Assembly (NCBI GenBank): GCA_949284575.1
Contig: CASDWO010000061.1
Location: 16,924 to 80,923 of the forward strand
Length of the DNA stretch: 64,000 nt
Source: an uncultured bacterium
GTDB lineage: Bacteria > Bacillota_I > Bacilli_A > RF39 > UBA660
Reading direction: 5' to 3'
The position numbers were made by a program, and so were the translations under genes. Below are positions 31,038 to 41,128 of this stretch, one piece after another. The notes under the pieces were generated by a model that saw only the letters and a list, made by a program, of their open reading frames with translations, did no database searches and was not told the DNA's origin. Position 1 is the first letter of the stretch. Each line of letters opens with the position of its first letter.

Positions 31038-32249
31038 TTAATGTCTTTTTTCTATATTGTAGCTTTCTTCTTTTTTACTTGCTCTTATAACACTACCTTT
31101 ACCATACTTTTTGATAATACTATCCATTACTTCTTCAACTTTATCATGAGTTTTAACATTAGATTCTTCAAACAAAGACATTTGACTAACTGCATTTTCT
31201 TTTAAATCACTTAATCTTACTCCTATATTTCTAATAGAGTCTTCCTTCCAACTAGCTTCAAAAATTGTTTTAACAGCTTTATAGATTTCTTCTGTTACAT
31301 TAGTAGGATTATCTAAAGTAATTTGATGGGAATAATTTTTAAATAAATTATTTCTATATGTAACAGCGATAGTTCCTGTATATAGTTTTTGACTTCTTAA
31401 AGTAAAAGAGACTTCCTCTGTTTCACTAAATAATATTTTTAATAAGTCTTCTTTTCTAGTTACATCATAAGGTAATGTTCTTGAAATACTAATACATTTA
31501 TTTTTAGCATTTCTAGGTTCTACTTTACTATAATCTATTCCTAATGCTGCTTCTTTAAAATAATCTCCTTGGCTTTTAAAATGTCTTCTTAATAGGTTGA
31601 TGTTAGACTCAGCTAAATCTTTAATAGTATATATTCCTAAGTCATTTAACTTTTTTGCAGAACTTTTACCTAGCATAAATAGATCATTTACTTTTAAAGG
31701 CCACATTTTAGTTTCAATTTCATTTAAATAAAGAGTATGGACTTTATCTGGCTTTTCAAAATCACTTGCCATTTTAGCACATAATTTATTTTCTCCTATT
31801 CCAACATTGACTGTGAAACCAAACTTTTCTTTGATTTCATCTTTTATTTTGTGTGCTAGAGATACATAATCATTACCATAAAGAAGTGAAGTTCCAGTAA
31901 GATCAAGAAAACACTCATCAATGGAATATTGTTCTATAATAGGTGAATACTCTGAAAGATAATTATATAAATTTTTAGATTGTTCTTTATAAAAAGTATA
32001 GTTAGGAGGGAATACTTGTAAGCTTTTGCATTTACTTCTAGCACTATATAATGTTTCTGCTGTTACTATTCCATATTTCTTAGCGATAGGACTTTTAGCA
32101 AGAACAATACCATGTCTTGCTTTTTCATCTCCTCCTATAACACTTGGAATCTTTCTAATATCTTGTTTATAGCCATGATTTAAAAGATAAATAGCAGTCC
32201 AAGACAAAAAGGCATTATTAACATCGATATGAAAAATAATTCGCTGCAT
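31038..32249 (-). CDS. dinB: DNA polymerase IV
   Basis: HIDVNNAF, YSIDECFLD, AKMASDFEKP; QMSLF clamp motif. Confidence 0.95.
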   Translation of the reverse strand: MQRIIFHIDVNNAFLSWTAIYLLNHGYKQDIRKIPSVIGGDEKARHGIVLAKSPIAKKYGIVTAETLYSARSKCKSLQVFPPNYTFYKEQSKNLYNYLSEYSPIIEQYSIDECFLDLTGTSLLYGNDYVSLAHKIKDEIKEKFGFTVNVGIGENKLCAKMASDFEKPDKVHTLYLNEIETKMWPLKVNDLFMLGKSSAKKLNDLGIYTIKDLAESNINLLRRHFKSQGDYFKEAALGIDYSKVEPRNAKNKCISISRTLPYDVTRKEDLLKILFSETEEVSFTLRSQKLYTGTIAVTYRNNLFKNYSHQITLDNPTNVTEEIYKAVKTIFEASWKEDSIRNIGVRLSDLKENAVSQMSLFEESNVKTHDKVEEVMDSIIKKYGKGSVIRASKKEESYNIEKRH

Positions 32250-32331
32250 AGTTATTCCTCCTCTTTACTCTATTATATAATACGTTAGTTCTATTTAAAA
32301 GAGAAAAAAATAACCAAATACTGGTTATCTG

Positions 32332-32353
32332 TTTTCCACATTTTTGTGGATAA
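32332..32353. repeat. Inverted DnaA-box pair
   Basis: TTTTCCACA-N4-TGTGGATAA. Confidence 0.65.
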
Positions 32354-32366
32354 AGTAATTATATTA

Positions 32367-32861
32367 TTAATATCCTGTAACTTCACTTAACTTGTAAGAT
32401 GCAACTTGACTTCCTTCACTATCACAAACTGCTTTGAATTTCCAACTTCCATAAGAATCAAGACTCATATTATAATCTCCACAAGTCCCTATGGTATTTC
32501 CTGTACTATCGTAAGCAGTGAAAGTTATTGATACATAAGATAGATTTTTATAAGAATTATTTTTTACATATCCTTCAATGTAATATAAGCCTAGAAGATC
32601 ATCAACATAGCCATAATGACCATCTTCTAAAGATAAATTAACTTTTTCTTTTATAGTTGAATTAGTGTAGTCAATGGAATAATCAAAATCATCACTATCA
32701 GTCCATATTCCATTTAATATAGCAATAGCAAAGAGAAAGACTAAACCTATTAATACCCCTTGAAAAATTGTTAAAGCTGAACTTTTTTGACTTCTTTTAC
32801 AGTAAGGACAAACTTTAGCATTTTTATCTATTTCTTCCCTACAATACTTACATTTCTTCAT
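32367..32861 (-). CDS. Zinc-ribbon/TM/FxLYD-domain membrane protein
   Basis: CKYC...CPYC, TM segment, GYVKNN...FTAYDSTG...WKFKA. Confidence 0.8.
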   Translation of the reverse strand: MKKCKYCREEIDKNAKVCPYCKRSQKSSALTIFQGVLIGLVFLFAIAILNGIWTDSDDFDYSIDYTNSTIKEKVNLSLEDGHYGYVDDLLGLYYIEGYVKNNSYKNLSYVSITFTAYDSTGNTIGTCGDYNMSLDSYGSWKFKAVCDSEGSQVASYKLSEVTGY

Positions 32862-32954
32862 TTTACTTCTCACCTATTTTAATTATAATAGTTTTTTGCA
32901 TTAATGTAAAGTGCTGGTTTACATATATTTTTTCTTTTTTTTGACATAATAATA

Positions 32955-33197
32955 GTGGTGATTATCTTGGAAATATCTAAAGAAGAATTATATACATTAA
33001 TTGCTAGAAATATTAAAAAGTATAGGAAAGAGAAAGGTATTACTCAAGCTGTTTTAGCTGAAGAAGTAGGCGTTTCTCATGAATTTATTAGACGTATTGA
33101 ATCAAAAAAAGGTATCAAAACTTTTTCTGTTGATACCCTTTATAGAATTTCTCTTGCTTTAGATATAGATATTTCTAAATTGTTTGAAAGTGATTAA
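32955..33197 (+). CDS. XRE-family HTH regulator (start may be TTG at 32967)
   Basis: NIKKYRKEKGITQAVLAEEVGVS...IE. Confidence 0.9.
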   Translation: MVIILEISKEELYTLIARNIKKYRKEKGITQAVLAEEVGVSHEFIRRIESKKGIKTFSVDTLYRISLALDIDISKLFESD

Positions 33198-33202
33198 ACT
33201 TT

Positions 33203-34699
33203 TTATATTAAGTTATTACCAGTCATTTCATCTGGTTTTTCTATATCCATATATTTTAGTATTGTAGGAGCGATATCTCCTAGTTTACCTGTTTTAATTT
33301 CTTTTATATTATGGTCTGTAATAATAAACGGAACAGGACTCGTAGTGTGAGCAGTTATTACTTCTCCTTTATCGTCTTCCATAATTTCAGAGTTACCATG
33401 ATCTGCTGTTACAAACATAGTAAAGTTTTTTTCTTTACTCGCTTCATATAGTCTTCCAACATTTTCATTAACGGCTTTAACAGCTTCAACAACTTTATCA
33501 AATTTACCGGTATGTCCTACCATATCACAGTTAGCAAAGTTTAAAATGATTAAATCATATTTATCCATAACTTCTATTAATTTATCTGTTACTTCATAAG
33601 CACTCATAGCAGGATACATATCATATGTTGCTACATCTTTTCTTGGAACGATTATTTTATCTGTATTAGGAATATCTTTTTCTTCTCCTCCATCAAAGAA
33701 GTATGTAACATGTGGATATTTACTAGCTTCTGCTATTCTTAGAATCTTTAATCCAATTGAGGCAGCATATTCTCCTAATGTATTAGTTAAGTGCATTGGT
33801 GGAAAAGCAGGAGTTGCAATAACTGTATGTTCTGGTGTCATCATTGTAACTAGTTCTACATTTTTAAAATCTACTCGTGGGAACTCTTTAAAGTCTTTAT
33901 TAGTTAGAGCAGTGAAGGTTTGAGTAATACGGTCTGGTCTAAAGTTAAGCATTACCATACCATCATTTTCTTTTAGGGCTCCATCATCTATTAATTTAGC
34001 AGGAACAATGAACTCATCCATAATATTTTGTTTATATGAATCTTCTATATAATCTTTATATGAATCTATTTTTACTCCCTCTCCATGTACTAATAAATCA
34101 TAATACTTTTTAGTAACATTCCACATTCTTTCTCTATCCATAGAATAATATCTTCCTGAAATATCTGCTAGTTTACCAAAGCCTAGTTCATTAAGTTTAT
34201 TAGTTAGAGAATCTAGGAAGGTAAGAGCAACATCGGGAAGAGTATCTCTACCATCTAAAAATGCGTGAACATAGACATTATGAAAGTTTTCTTTTTTACA
34301 TAGGTCTAACATTGCAAAGAAGTGATTAATATGAGAATGAACTCCTCCATCACTTAATAAGCCAAATAAATGAAGTGATGAATTATTTTCTTTACAATGA
34401 TTAATTATATCTAGTAAGACTTCGTTCTTAAAGAAACTACCATCTTCTATAGCGTGATTTATCTGCATAAGAGGTTGGTCTACAACACGTCCTGCTCCTA
34501 TATTTAAATGTCCTACTTCACTATTACCCATTTGTCCAGCTGGAAGTCCAACTGCTTCACCACTAGCTTCCAAAGTAGTATGAGGGTATTCCTTCCATAA
34601 ATTTATTATATTTTCTGGGTTAGCTGCAATAACGGCATTACCTTTCTTTTCTTCTCTATATCCAAAACCATCTATAATTGTTAATAATACTTTTTTCAT
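33203..34699 (-). CDS. gpmI: 2,3-BPG-independent phosphoglycerate mutase
   Basis: GNSEVGH, DGGVHSH, DMVGHTG, ADHGN. Confidence 0.97.
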   Translation of the reverse strand: MKKVLLTIIDGFGYREEKKGNAVIAANPENIINLWKEYPHTTLEASGEAVGLPAGQMGNSEVGHLNIGAGRVVDQPLMQINHAIEDGSFFKNEVLLDIINHCKENNSSLHLFGLLSDGGVHSHINHFFAMLDLCKKENFHNVYVHAFLDGRDTLPDVALTFLDSLTNKLNELGFGKLADISGRYYSMDRERMWNVTKKYYDLLVHGEGVKIDSYKDYIEDSYKQNIMDEFIVPAKLIDDGALKENDGMVMLNFRPDRITQTFTALTNKDFKEFPRVDFKNVELVTMMTPEHTVIATPAFPPMHLTNTLGEYAASIGLKILRIAEASKYPHVTYFFDGGEEKDIPNTDKIIVPRKDVATYDMYPAMSAYEVTDKLIEVMDKYDLIILNFANCDMVGHTGKFDKVVEAVKAVNENVGRLYEASKEKNFTMFVTADHGNSEIMEDDKGEVITAHTTSPVPFIITDHNIKEIKTGKLGDIAPTILKYMDIEKPDEMTGNNLI

Positions 34700-35763
34700 A
34701 AACTTTTTCCTCCTCTTTCTTTTTGATATTCACTAAAATAACTAGTTAAGTTTTTACTGTAATCTATTATAACTTCATTAGTAATTCCCCACCTACTGTA
34801 ATCAGGTAGTTCATCTTTAGGAAACTTTGTGCCTATCATTTCCTTATATTCTCTTAATCCTTCTTCTTCATTATCTAATATTTTCTTAGCAAATATTGTT
34901 CCAATTAAAATACTTTTTAATGTCAATAATAATTCTATTGATGTCAAACTTTTATTAGTTATATTTTCAAAAGCATAATTTTCTATAGTAGTTCTTGGTA
35001 ATAGTATAGATGGCGATTTACCACTAATTATAGACATTGTTCTTTTACATAAATATATTAATATATTAATTTCGTTATTTAGGTTAACTTCTTTTATACT
35101 TTTATATATTTGCAAAGCATAGCTTGGTACCTCGTAACTATATGGATAACTATTTTCATAGTAGTCTTTATTTTTAGCATCTATAGTATGAACAATTTCA
35201 TGTAATAGCGTACTTGAATTTAAACTACAAGAAATATAACATTCTTTAAAAATGGGAAATCTATAGTTTCTTCCAGATACATTTATCTCATCTTCAAGAT
35301 TATCAAATAATGCTATGTGACTAGTATCTTTAGCAATGTTGATTATATCTTTTTTTAACTCTTCATCCTGTAGTGTCTTGGCAAAATCTATTACCTCCAT
35401 AATACATTCTTCTTTTGATTTTGAAAGATGTTCTTCTTGCCATTCAAAGGGTTGTAGTAGAGCGATGTTTTTACATAATATAAAGGCAAATTTTAAATCT
35501 TCTTTATATTTATTAAAGAGTACTGACTCATTATTATCATATTGCTTTTTTTCTCTTTTCAAAGACAGTTTTGTAGTTGATAACCATAATGGACTATTGT
35601 ATATTTTTATTTTTCTTCCATCCAACAATTCTAACATTTCAATAATAGCAACTCTATTATTAAATATTTTATATTTTTTATCTTTATCTTTTGCATTTTT
35701 TAATAGGTCGTTTAAATATCTTAACTTCGCTTCTAAATCTTTCTTATCCCACATGTTAAGCAC
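34696..35763 (-). CDS. Orphan zincin-like metallopeptidase
   Basis: LLHEIVH plus downstream EVPS (M3-like third ligand). Confidence 0.55.
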   Translation of the reverse strand: MLNMWDKKDLEAKLRYLNDLLKNAKDKDKKYKIFNNRVAIIEMLELLDGRKIKIYNSPLWLSTTKLSLKREKKQYDNNESVLFNKYKEDLKFAFILCKNIALLQPFEWQEEHLSKSKEECIMEVIDFAKTLQDEELKKDIINIAKDTSHIALFDNLEDEINVSGRNYRFPIFKECYISCSLNSSTLLHEIVHTIDAKNKDYYENSYPYSYEVPSYALQIYKSIKEVNLNNEINILIYLCKRTMSIISGKSPSILLPRTTIENYAFENITNKSLTSIELLLTLKSILIGTIFAKKILDNEEEGLREYKEMIGTKFPKDELPDYSRWGITNEVIIDYSKNLTSYFSEYQKERGGKSL

Positions 35764-35769
35764 TACCTT

Positions 35770-37047
35770 CTAGTATAATTGTTCATTTAAACAGAATATA
35801 GCATATATTGGTAAGTATCTAACATTTTTCTTTGTTGAAAAGTTATTTTCTGTAATACGATAGGCATCTGTTACAATATATTTTTTTATAAAGACTGATA
35901 AACTTTTTACCTTAGAACCTTGTTTAGTGGCAATTTCTATAGGAATAATTTTTCCCATTCTATTTTGAATAACAAAGTTAACTTCTGCTTTTCCCTCTGA
36001 CTGATAATAATATAAGGAATAACCTGCTTCTACTAAAGTATGAGCGATATGATTTTCATATAAGGCTTGTTTAACATTTTCATCTACTTTTAATCTATCT
36101 TTAGTTAAGTTATATCTCATACTTAAAAGTCCATCATCTGGAAGATATAATTTAAAACTATCAAGTTCTCTACAACTAGATAAAGGTGACTTTGCTACTC
36201 TTATTTTATATGAACGATATACTAATTGATTAGTTACAAGGAAGTTAATAGAGTTTTCAAATTCTTTAGCACGTCTTCCATAGCCTAAGATACCATATTG
36301 AAATTTTTTATTTTCTTTTTCTAATTGTTTAGGGATACTTTCCATTACTTCAATACCACGTTCTATATCTATTAGGTTTTTACTATTTAGTAGTTCACTT
36401 TTATTAATATCAAATACTCTTTCTTTGATACTATCTAAATATCCATAATGTTTTTTAGTTGCAAAAGCTTCTACTACTTCAGGAAGTCCTCCTGTTATTA
36501 AATAGTCATAAAAGAAATCTAAAGCTTTAGTATGAACACTACAACTTCTATGATTATCATAAGCATATCTTATTTTTTCTGCTGTTTCTTTTTCTCCTAT
36601 AGCCCATAAAAATTCTTCATAGTCCATTTCGGTCATAATTTTATATTGGAATTCTTCTCCTCTAAACTTTAGAAGTGAATCTCTACTTGAGGTTATTGCA
36701 ATGACATGATAATCATTTTTATCATAGCCAAAAAGTTTTAGGCCTTTTATGATTTCTTCATCAGTAACATTATCAAAGATTATTAAGGTATCATTTTTAA
36801 CAATAGGAACTTCTGATATAATACTTAAAGCTTCAGCTAGTTTAGTCATAGATCTTTCTTTTTTAAATAAGTCTTTAAGAATCGTATTATGATCTGTGTT
36901 AAAGTAAGCGACATATTTATAATTACTTTTACCAAAATCTAAAGCTACATATGTCTTACCAACTTGTCTTGTTCCTATTATTAATAATGGTTTTCTTATT
37001 AAATCATTTTTCCATTTTAATAAGAATTTTGTTATTTTTCGTTCCAT
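35770..37047 (-). CDS. AAA_14/DUF4143 family ATPase-like protein
   Basis: GTRQVGKT, YLITGGLPEVV, FKLYLPDDGLL, EVNF...IPIEI. Confidence 0.85.
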   Translation of the reverse strand: MERKITKFLLKWKNDLIRKPLLIIGTRQVGKTYVALDFGKSNYKYVAYFNTDHNTILKDLFKKERSMTKLAEALSIISEVPIVKNDTLIIFDNVTDEEIIKGLKLFGYDKNDYHVIAITSSRDSLLKFRGEEFQYKIMTEMDYEEFLWAIGEKETAEKIRYAYDNHRSCSVHTKALDFFYDYLITGGLPEVVEAFATKKHYGYLDSIKERVFDINKSELLNSKNLIDIERGIEVMESIPKQLEKENKKFQYGILGYGRRAKEFENSINFLVTNQLVYRSYKIRVAKSPLSSCRELDSFKLYLPDDGLLSMRYNLTKDRLKVDENVKQALYENHIAHTLVEAGYSLYYYQSEGKAEVNFVIQNRMGKIIPIEIATKQGSKVKSLSVFIKKYIVTDAYRITENNFSTKKNVRYLPIYAIFCLNEQLY

Positions 37048-37080
37048 TTAGTGTAGTCACCTCCCACATCTTCTAATATA

Positions 37081-37109
37081 AGTATAGAACTATTATTTTT
37101 TTTAGTCAA
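37081..37109 (-). promoter_or_regulatory. Sigma-A promoter
   Basis: TTGACT-17-TATACT. Confidence 0.65.
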
Positions 37110-37113
37110 GATT

Positions 37114-38160
37114 TTAGATTAAATCATTCTTAAATGTTTTAACTTTCTTTTTAGATAAACTAGCATTTATAAAGTCTTTTTTTTGACTGTAAGCAAGTTC
37201 TAATTCCTTTATTTCTCTTTTTAGATTTTCTAGTTGTTGTTTTTTATTAGCAAGGTTTAAAGCTTCATTTGCAGTTATAGAAATTGAAGTGTTTTCATTA
37301 CATTCTAAAAGTCTTTCTTCAAGCCGTTGTAAGTTTAGAGTAAGTGATTCTCTTGCAATTAATAAAGGATCAGTTAAAGTGCTACTTGTTATTGCTTTAT
37401 TATAAAATGTAAGCATATTATTAAAAGTCATCTCATTAGTACTTTGAAAAGTAGATTTTTCTGTTTTAAAAGTATCATAATAGAAGTTTAAATTATCAGT
37501 ATGATGAATTTTAGAAGAAGCGATAATTAAATTTTTACTATTTATATCAATATCATTGTTTGATGTTATTTCACTATTTAAGATAGTTACTTTTCCTCCT
37601 GTTAAATATAAATATCCATATACATCCATATGACAGTTATTTAAAAAGATCTTGTCACTAATTATTTCATTTTCACAACCTGATAAGATGTGATTGCCTT
37701 CAATAGTTATTCTTCCTGCTCTAACTTTAATATGTTTCATTTTAGTGTTTTCAGTAGGATCTAATTTATTTCTTACTCCTTTGAATGCGATACTTTCGCT
37801 ATCTATTTCTAGATTGTAAGTGGTTAAGTTAGTAAAGTAAAGAGAACCGCCTTTTATTACACTAGTTTGAGAAAAATCATCAATAAGGCAATTATGAAAA
37901 TAAACTTTAGTATTTTTATTTTTTATAATTAATTCTATTAAATAGTTAAAATTACAATTTATAAAGATAGCTTCTTCAACATCTTCATCTATTTCAATGC
38001 TAATACCTTCTATTAAACCTTTACTATGAAATCTCGTTTTATGATAACCTTTCTTACTATAATCACAATCATCTAAATAAGAATAATTAGTAAAGTTAGG
38101 ATTTATTTTTTTAAATTTACCATTCTTTTTAAAATAGACTTGGCTTTTTTTATTCTGCAT
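37114..38160 (-). CDS. Orphan protein with a beta-solenoid-like body and C-terminal coiled coil
   Basis: Repeated [FIL]xNC/xNS units; heptad-like tail; RBS AGGAGG. Confidence 0.65.
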   Translation of the reverse strand: MQNKKSQVYFKKNGKFKKINPNFTNYSYLDDCDYSKKGYHKTRFHSKGLIEGISIEIDEDVEEAIFINCNFNYLIELIIKNKNTKVYFHNCLIDDFSQTSVIKGGSLYFTNLTTYNLEIDSESIAFKGVRNKLDPTENTKMKHIKVRAGRITIEGNHILSGCENEIISDKIFLNNCHMDVYGYLYLTGGKVTILNSEITSNNDIDINSKNLIIASSKIHHTDNLNFYYDTFKTEKSTFQSTNEMTFNNMLTFYNKAITSSTLTDPLLIARESLTLNLQRLEERLLECNENTSISITANEALNLANKKQQLENLKREIKELELAYSQKKDFINASLSKKKVKTFKNDLI

Positions 38161-38285
38161 ATTATTTCCTCCTATTAATAGGATAACTTAAAAGGACAAA
38201 ACTAGCAAATTAAAATAGCTTAAAATGTAACTAATCTAAAGAAAAGCAAAATAAAAAGACTACTACTGCTCGTCTTAATGTTTTA

Positions 38286-39062
38286 CTACTGCCTAATTGC
38301 ATCTTGATGAAATTCAAGACGAAGTTTATCGGCGACTGTGACAATAAACTCGGAATTAGTTGGTTTTGCTTTATCAATATCAACACTATGTCCAAAGATA
38401 TCTTCCATCAATTGCCAATTACCTCTATTCCAACTTACTTCAATAGCATGTCTTATGGCTCTTTCAACTCTTGATACTGTTGTATCAAACTTTTCTGCTA
38501 TATCAGGATATAATTCTTTGGTAATACCTCCTATTACTTCAGGATGTTCATATAAAACTGTGATACCTTCTCTTATATATTGATATCCTTTAATATGAGA
38601 TGGTACACCTAACTCATGTAATATTTTAGTTATAGATACTTGTAAATTATTATATTTCATATCTATTGTTTTCTTATCATAGTTATTATTATTACTACAT
38701 TCTAAGATTCTCTTTTCTAATTCAGTTAATTCAAAAGGCTTTAAGATAAAATAACTAACACCTAATTCACTAGTTTCTCTTATTACTTCTCCGGTATTAA
38801 AAGATGTTAAAACAATGACTTTCTTAGCTAACTTTTTATTTTTCATATCTTTTAAAACACTTATTCCATCTTTTTTAGGCATAATTAAATCTAAAAGAAT
38901 AACATCATAATCATCTTGTCTATTTTCTATTAAATCTAAACCCTCAACACCATCACTAGCGGTTAAACTAATGGCAATCTCATTATGATCTTTAAAATAT
39001 TCCTTTACCATTTTTACTAACTCTTTATTATCATCAATCATTAATACGTTGGTCTTTTTCAT
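38286..39062 (-). CDS. spo0A: Sporulation master regulator Spo0A
   Basis: [11 protein letters not shown] receiver; [34 protein letters not shown]. Confidence 0.97.
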   Translation of the reverse strand: MKKTNVLMIDDNKELVKMVKEYFKDHNEIAISLTASDGVEGLDLIENRQDDYDVILLDLIMPKKDGISVLKDMKNKKLAKKVIVLTSFNTGEVIRETSELGVSYFILKPFELTELEKRILECSNNNNYDKKTIDMKYNNLQVSITKILHELGVPSHIKGYQYIREGITVLYEHPEVIGGITKELYPDIAEKFDTTVSRVERAIRHAIEVSWNRGNWQLMEDIFGHSVDIDKAKPTNSEFIVTVADKLRLEFHQDAIRQ

Positions 39063-39144
39063 TTTCTCTCCTTCCATATACTACCACGCATTTTAATTAT
39101 ATAACAGATATTAAAAATTTGATAGAGCAAAAAAGGAGATGTTT

Positions 39145-39151
39145 TGTCGAA
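39145..39151 (+). promoter_or_regulatory. 0A box upstream of spo0A
   Basis: Exact TGTCGAA about 85 bp before the start codon. Confidence 0.55.
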
Positions 39152-39163
39152 AAAGAAAAAGTT

Positions 39164-39679
39164 TTAACTATTTTTAGTTAGAACTCTTTGCTTAGGTAAC
39201 TCTATCGTTTGACATTTTTTCTTTATTTTATAGCCTATAACTTGATCATCACGAGATATTTCTTCAAATGGTAATTCACATTTATCAGCTAATTCTTTTA
39301 TATAACTTGGTCTTATAAAAGTATATTTGCATTTATCATTAACATGATCTACTTCTAATCTTATTGCATAAATAGGATTATCTTCACTTATTATATACTT
39401 GGTAAAGTTAGTCTTATTTAGTAATTTAAGTCCTTTTTTAATATTTTCCCATAAATATTGATTAAATTCTTCTTGATTAGAAATATCATTACTGATGCTA
39501 TAGGATATTTCATCTGTAAATAAATCATTATTAGCAGCATATTCTAGATATTTATCAATATAGTTATTATAATAGTCAACACTATTTTGGAATAATTTTT
39601 TTTCGATAATTTCTATTTCTGCAAAAGCGGTTTTGATACTATCTTCACGCATTTTATCTAATTCAACCGAATTATACAT
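39164..39679 (-). CDS. Orphan protein, intact paralog of the adjacent pseudogene
   Basis: RBS AGAGGAG; FIRPSYIKELA shared with the neighbour. Confidence 0.75.
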   Translation of the reverse strand: MYNSVELDKMREDSIKTAFAEIEIIEKKLFQNSVDYYNNYIDKYLEYAANNDLFTDEISYSISNDISNQEEFNQYLWENIKKGLKLLNKTNFTKYIISEDNPIYAIRLEVDHVNDKCKYTFIRPSYIKELADKCELPFEEISRDDQVIGYKIKKKCQTIELPKQRVLTKNS

Positions 39680-39809
39680 TACTACTCCTCCTTTAGTTCA
39701 TTATAGTTTTTTTAATAGAGCTTGTAAAGGAGAAATTTTAATATTTTATTGTAGTTTATTGAAAAGGCATTTTACCCTTGACTTTTCATACCTTGAATAT
39801 AATAAGTAA

Positions 39810-39837
39810 AACAACCAAAACTTCTTTTTGGTTGTTA
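39810..39837 (-). terminator. Terminator hairpin
   Basis: aacaaccaaaa...ttttggttgtt. Confidence 0.7.
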
Positions 39838-39881
39838 TCAATAATTTATTTAAAAGTTGCAGTTAATTTTGCAATTTACCT

Positions 39882-40418
39882 TTAATTTTTCTTAATTAAA
39901 ACTTTATGTTTATCTAAATTTATTTTTGGTATTGTAGCACTGACAGTATATACTTCAGTAAAACCAGTATCCTTTAATTCTGTTTCTTCAAAAACTAAAT
40001 TATCTTGTTCTGCTAATTCTTTTATGTATGAAGGTCATATAAACAAAAATTCTTCTTTTTCTTCATTAGACTCTGTTGCTTGTACTGCAATTATGCGATT
40101 AACTGCATCCTCTTCTAAGTTTACATATTTCCATAAAACCCTGTGATTAATATTATTTTCTGTAACTTTCATAGCTCAATTTAAAAATGAGCTTCCATGA
40201 TTATAATATTGACTGCTAACCATCTTTTCATCAGTAAAAGTAATGGCAAGATCAGACATTGGATTTGTTTTGGCATCTTTAGATAGATTTTTATTAATAT
40301 ATTCTTGATAATAAGTAATACTAAAACCTTTTATAAATTTTTCTATCTCTTATAAATATTGTTCTTGTTGTTTAATAGACTCATTTCTATTTGCTATTAA
40401 TTCTTCTAAATTTGGCAT
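39882..40418 (-). pseudogene. Nonsense-disrupted paralog of 39164-39679
   Basis: One 179-codon frame with internal stops TAA 40350-52, TGA 40176-78 and TGA 40035-37; FI*PSYIKELAEQDNLVFEE aligns with FIRPSYIKELADKCELPFEE. Confidence 0.85.
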
Positions 40419-40438
40419 AATCTCACTTCCTTAGCTTA

Positions 40439-41128
40439 CTATTGTAACTTATTAAGGAATTCCTGTAAAAAATCAAGTTTTAGAGATATTCCTCCTAAAA
40501 GGAAACCATCTATATTTTTAACTTGTTTTAATTCATCAATATTCTTTTCATTAGCACTACCACCGTATAGTATTTTCTTATTATACGTTTCTTTTAACAT
40601 AGTAGTTACTTTTTCAATATCTAGATTTGTTGGCACAATACCTGTACCTATTGCAAATATTGGTTCATAGGCGATAATAAAGTCTTTAGATTTATCTATA
40701 TCACTTAATAGATAGTCCATATCTTCTTTTATTTTATCTACATAAGTACCTCTTTCATGTTCTTCTTTAGTATCTCCTATACAAATAATAGGTATTAAGT
40801 CACTAGAAAAAGCTTGTTCTAGTTTCTTTTTACTAATACTAAGATCTTCATTCATCTTAGTAGATCTTTCACTATGATTAATTAAGGTGTATGTAGCACC
40901 TAATGATTTAATGGCTTTAGCAGTTATTTCTCCTGTATATGCTCCCATTTCTTTACTACTAACATCTTCTGAAGCAAAGGTTATATTTTTTTCTATTAAG
41001 GGTAAATAACAAGCAGTTGGGATTAAGATCATTTCATGATTATAAGTATTAAGATTTTTATAATCTTCTAAGTATTTTAGAATTTCATCTTTAGTAAAAT
41101 TACTTTTATGATTTAAGGCTACGATCAT
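40439..41128 (-). CDS. tpiA: Triosephosphate isomerase (short, divergent)
   Basis: NHK, GAYTGE, HSER, IAYEPIFAIGTG, LYGGS. Confidence 0.93.
   Translation of the reverse strand: MIVALNHKSNFTKDEILKYLEDYKNLNTYNHEMILIPTACYLPLIEKNITFASEDVSSKEMGAYTGEITAKAIKSLGATYTLINHSERSTKMNEDLSISKKKLEQAFSSDLIPIICIGDTKEEHERGTYVDKIKEDMDYLLSDIDKSKDFIIAYEPIFAIGTGIVPTNLDIEKVTTMLKETYNKKILYGGSANEKNIDELKQVKNIDGFLLGGISLKLDFLQEFLNKLQ

Noticed and set aside
32367..33197. Prophage or ICE remnant (XRE regulator plus zinc-ribbon membrane gene)
   Set aside because: No integrase, att repeats or phage structural genes are nearby.
39882..40418. TGA read-through or selenocysteine explaining the interrupted ORF
   Set aside because: The first internal stop is TAA and one TGA aligns with Arg, so a pseudogene is the simpler explanation.
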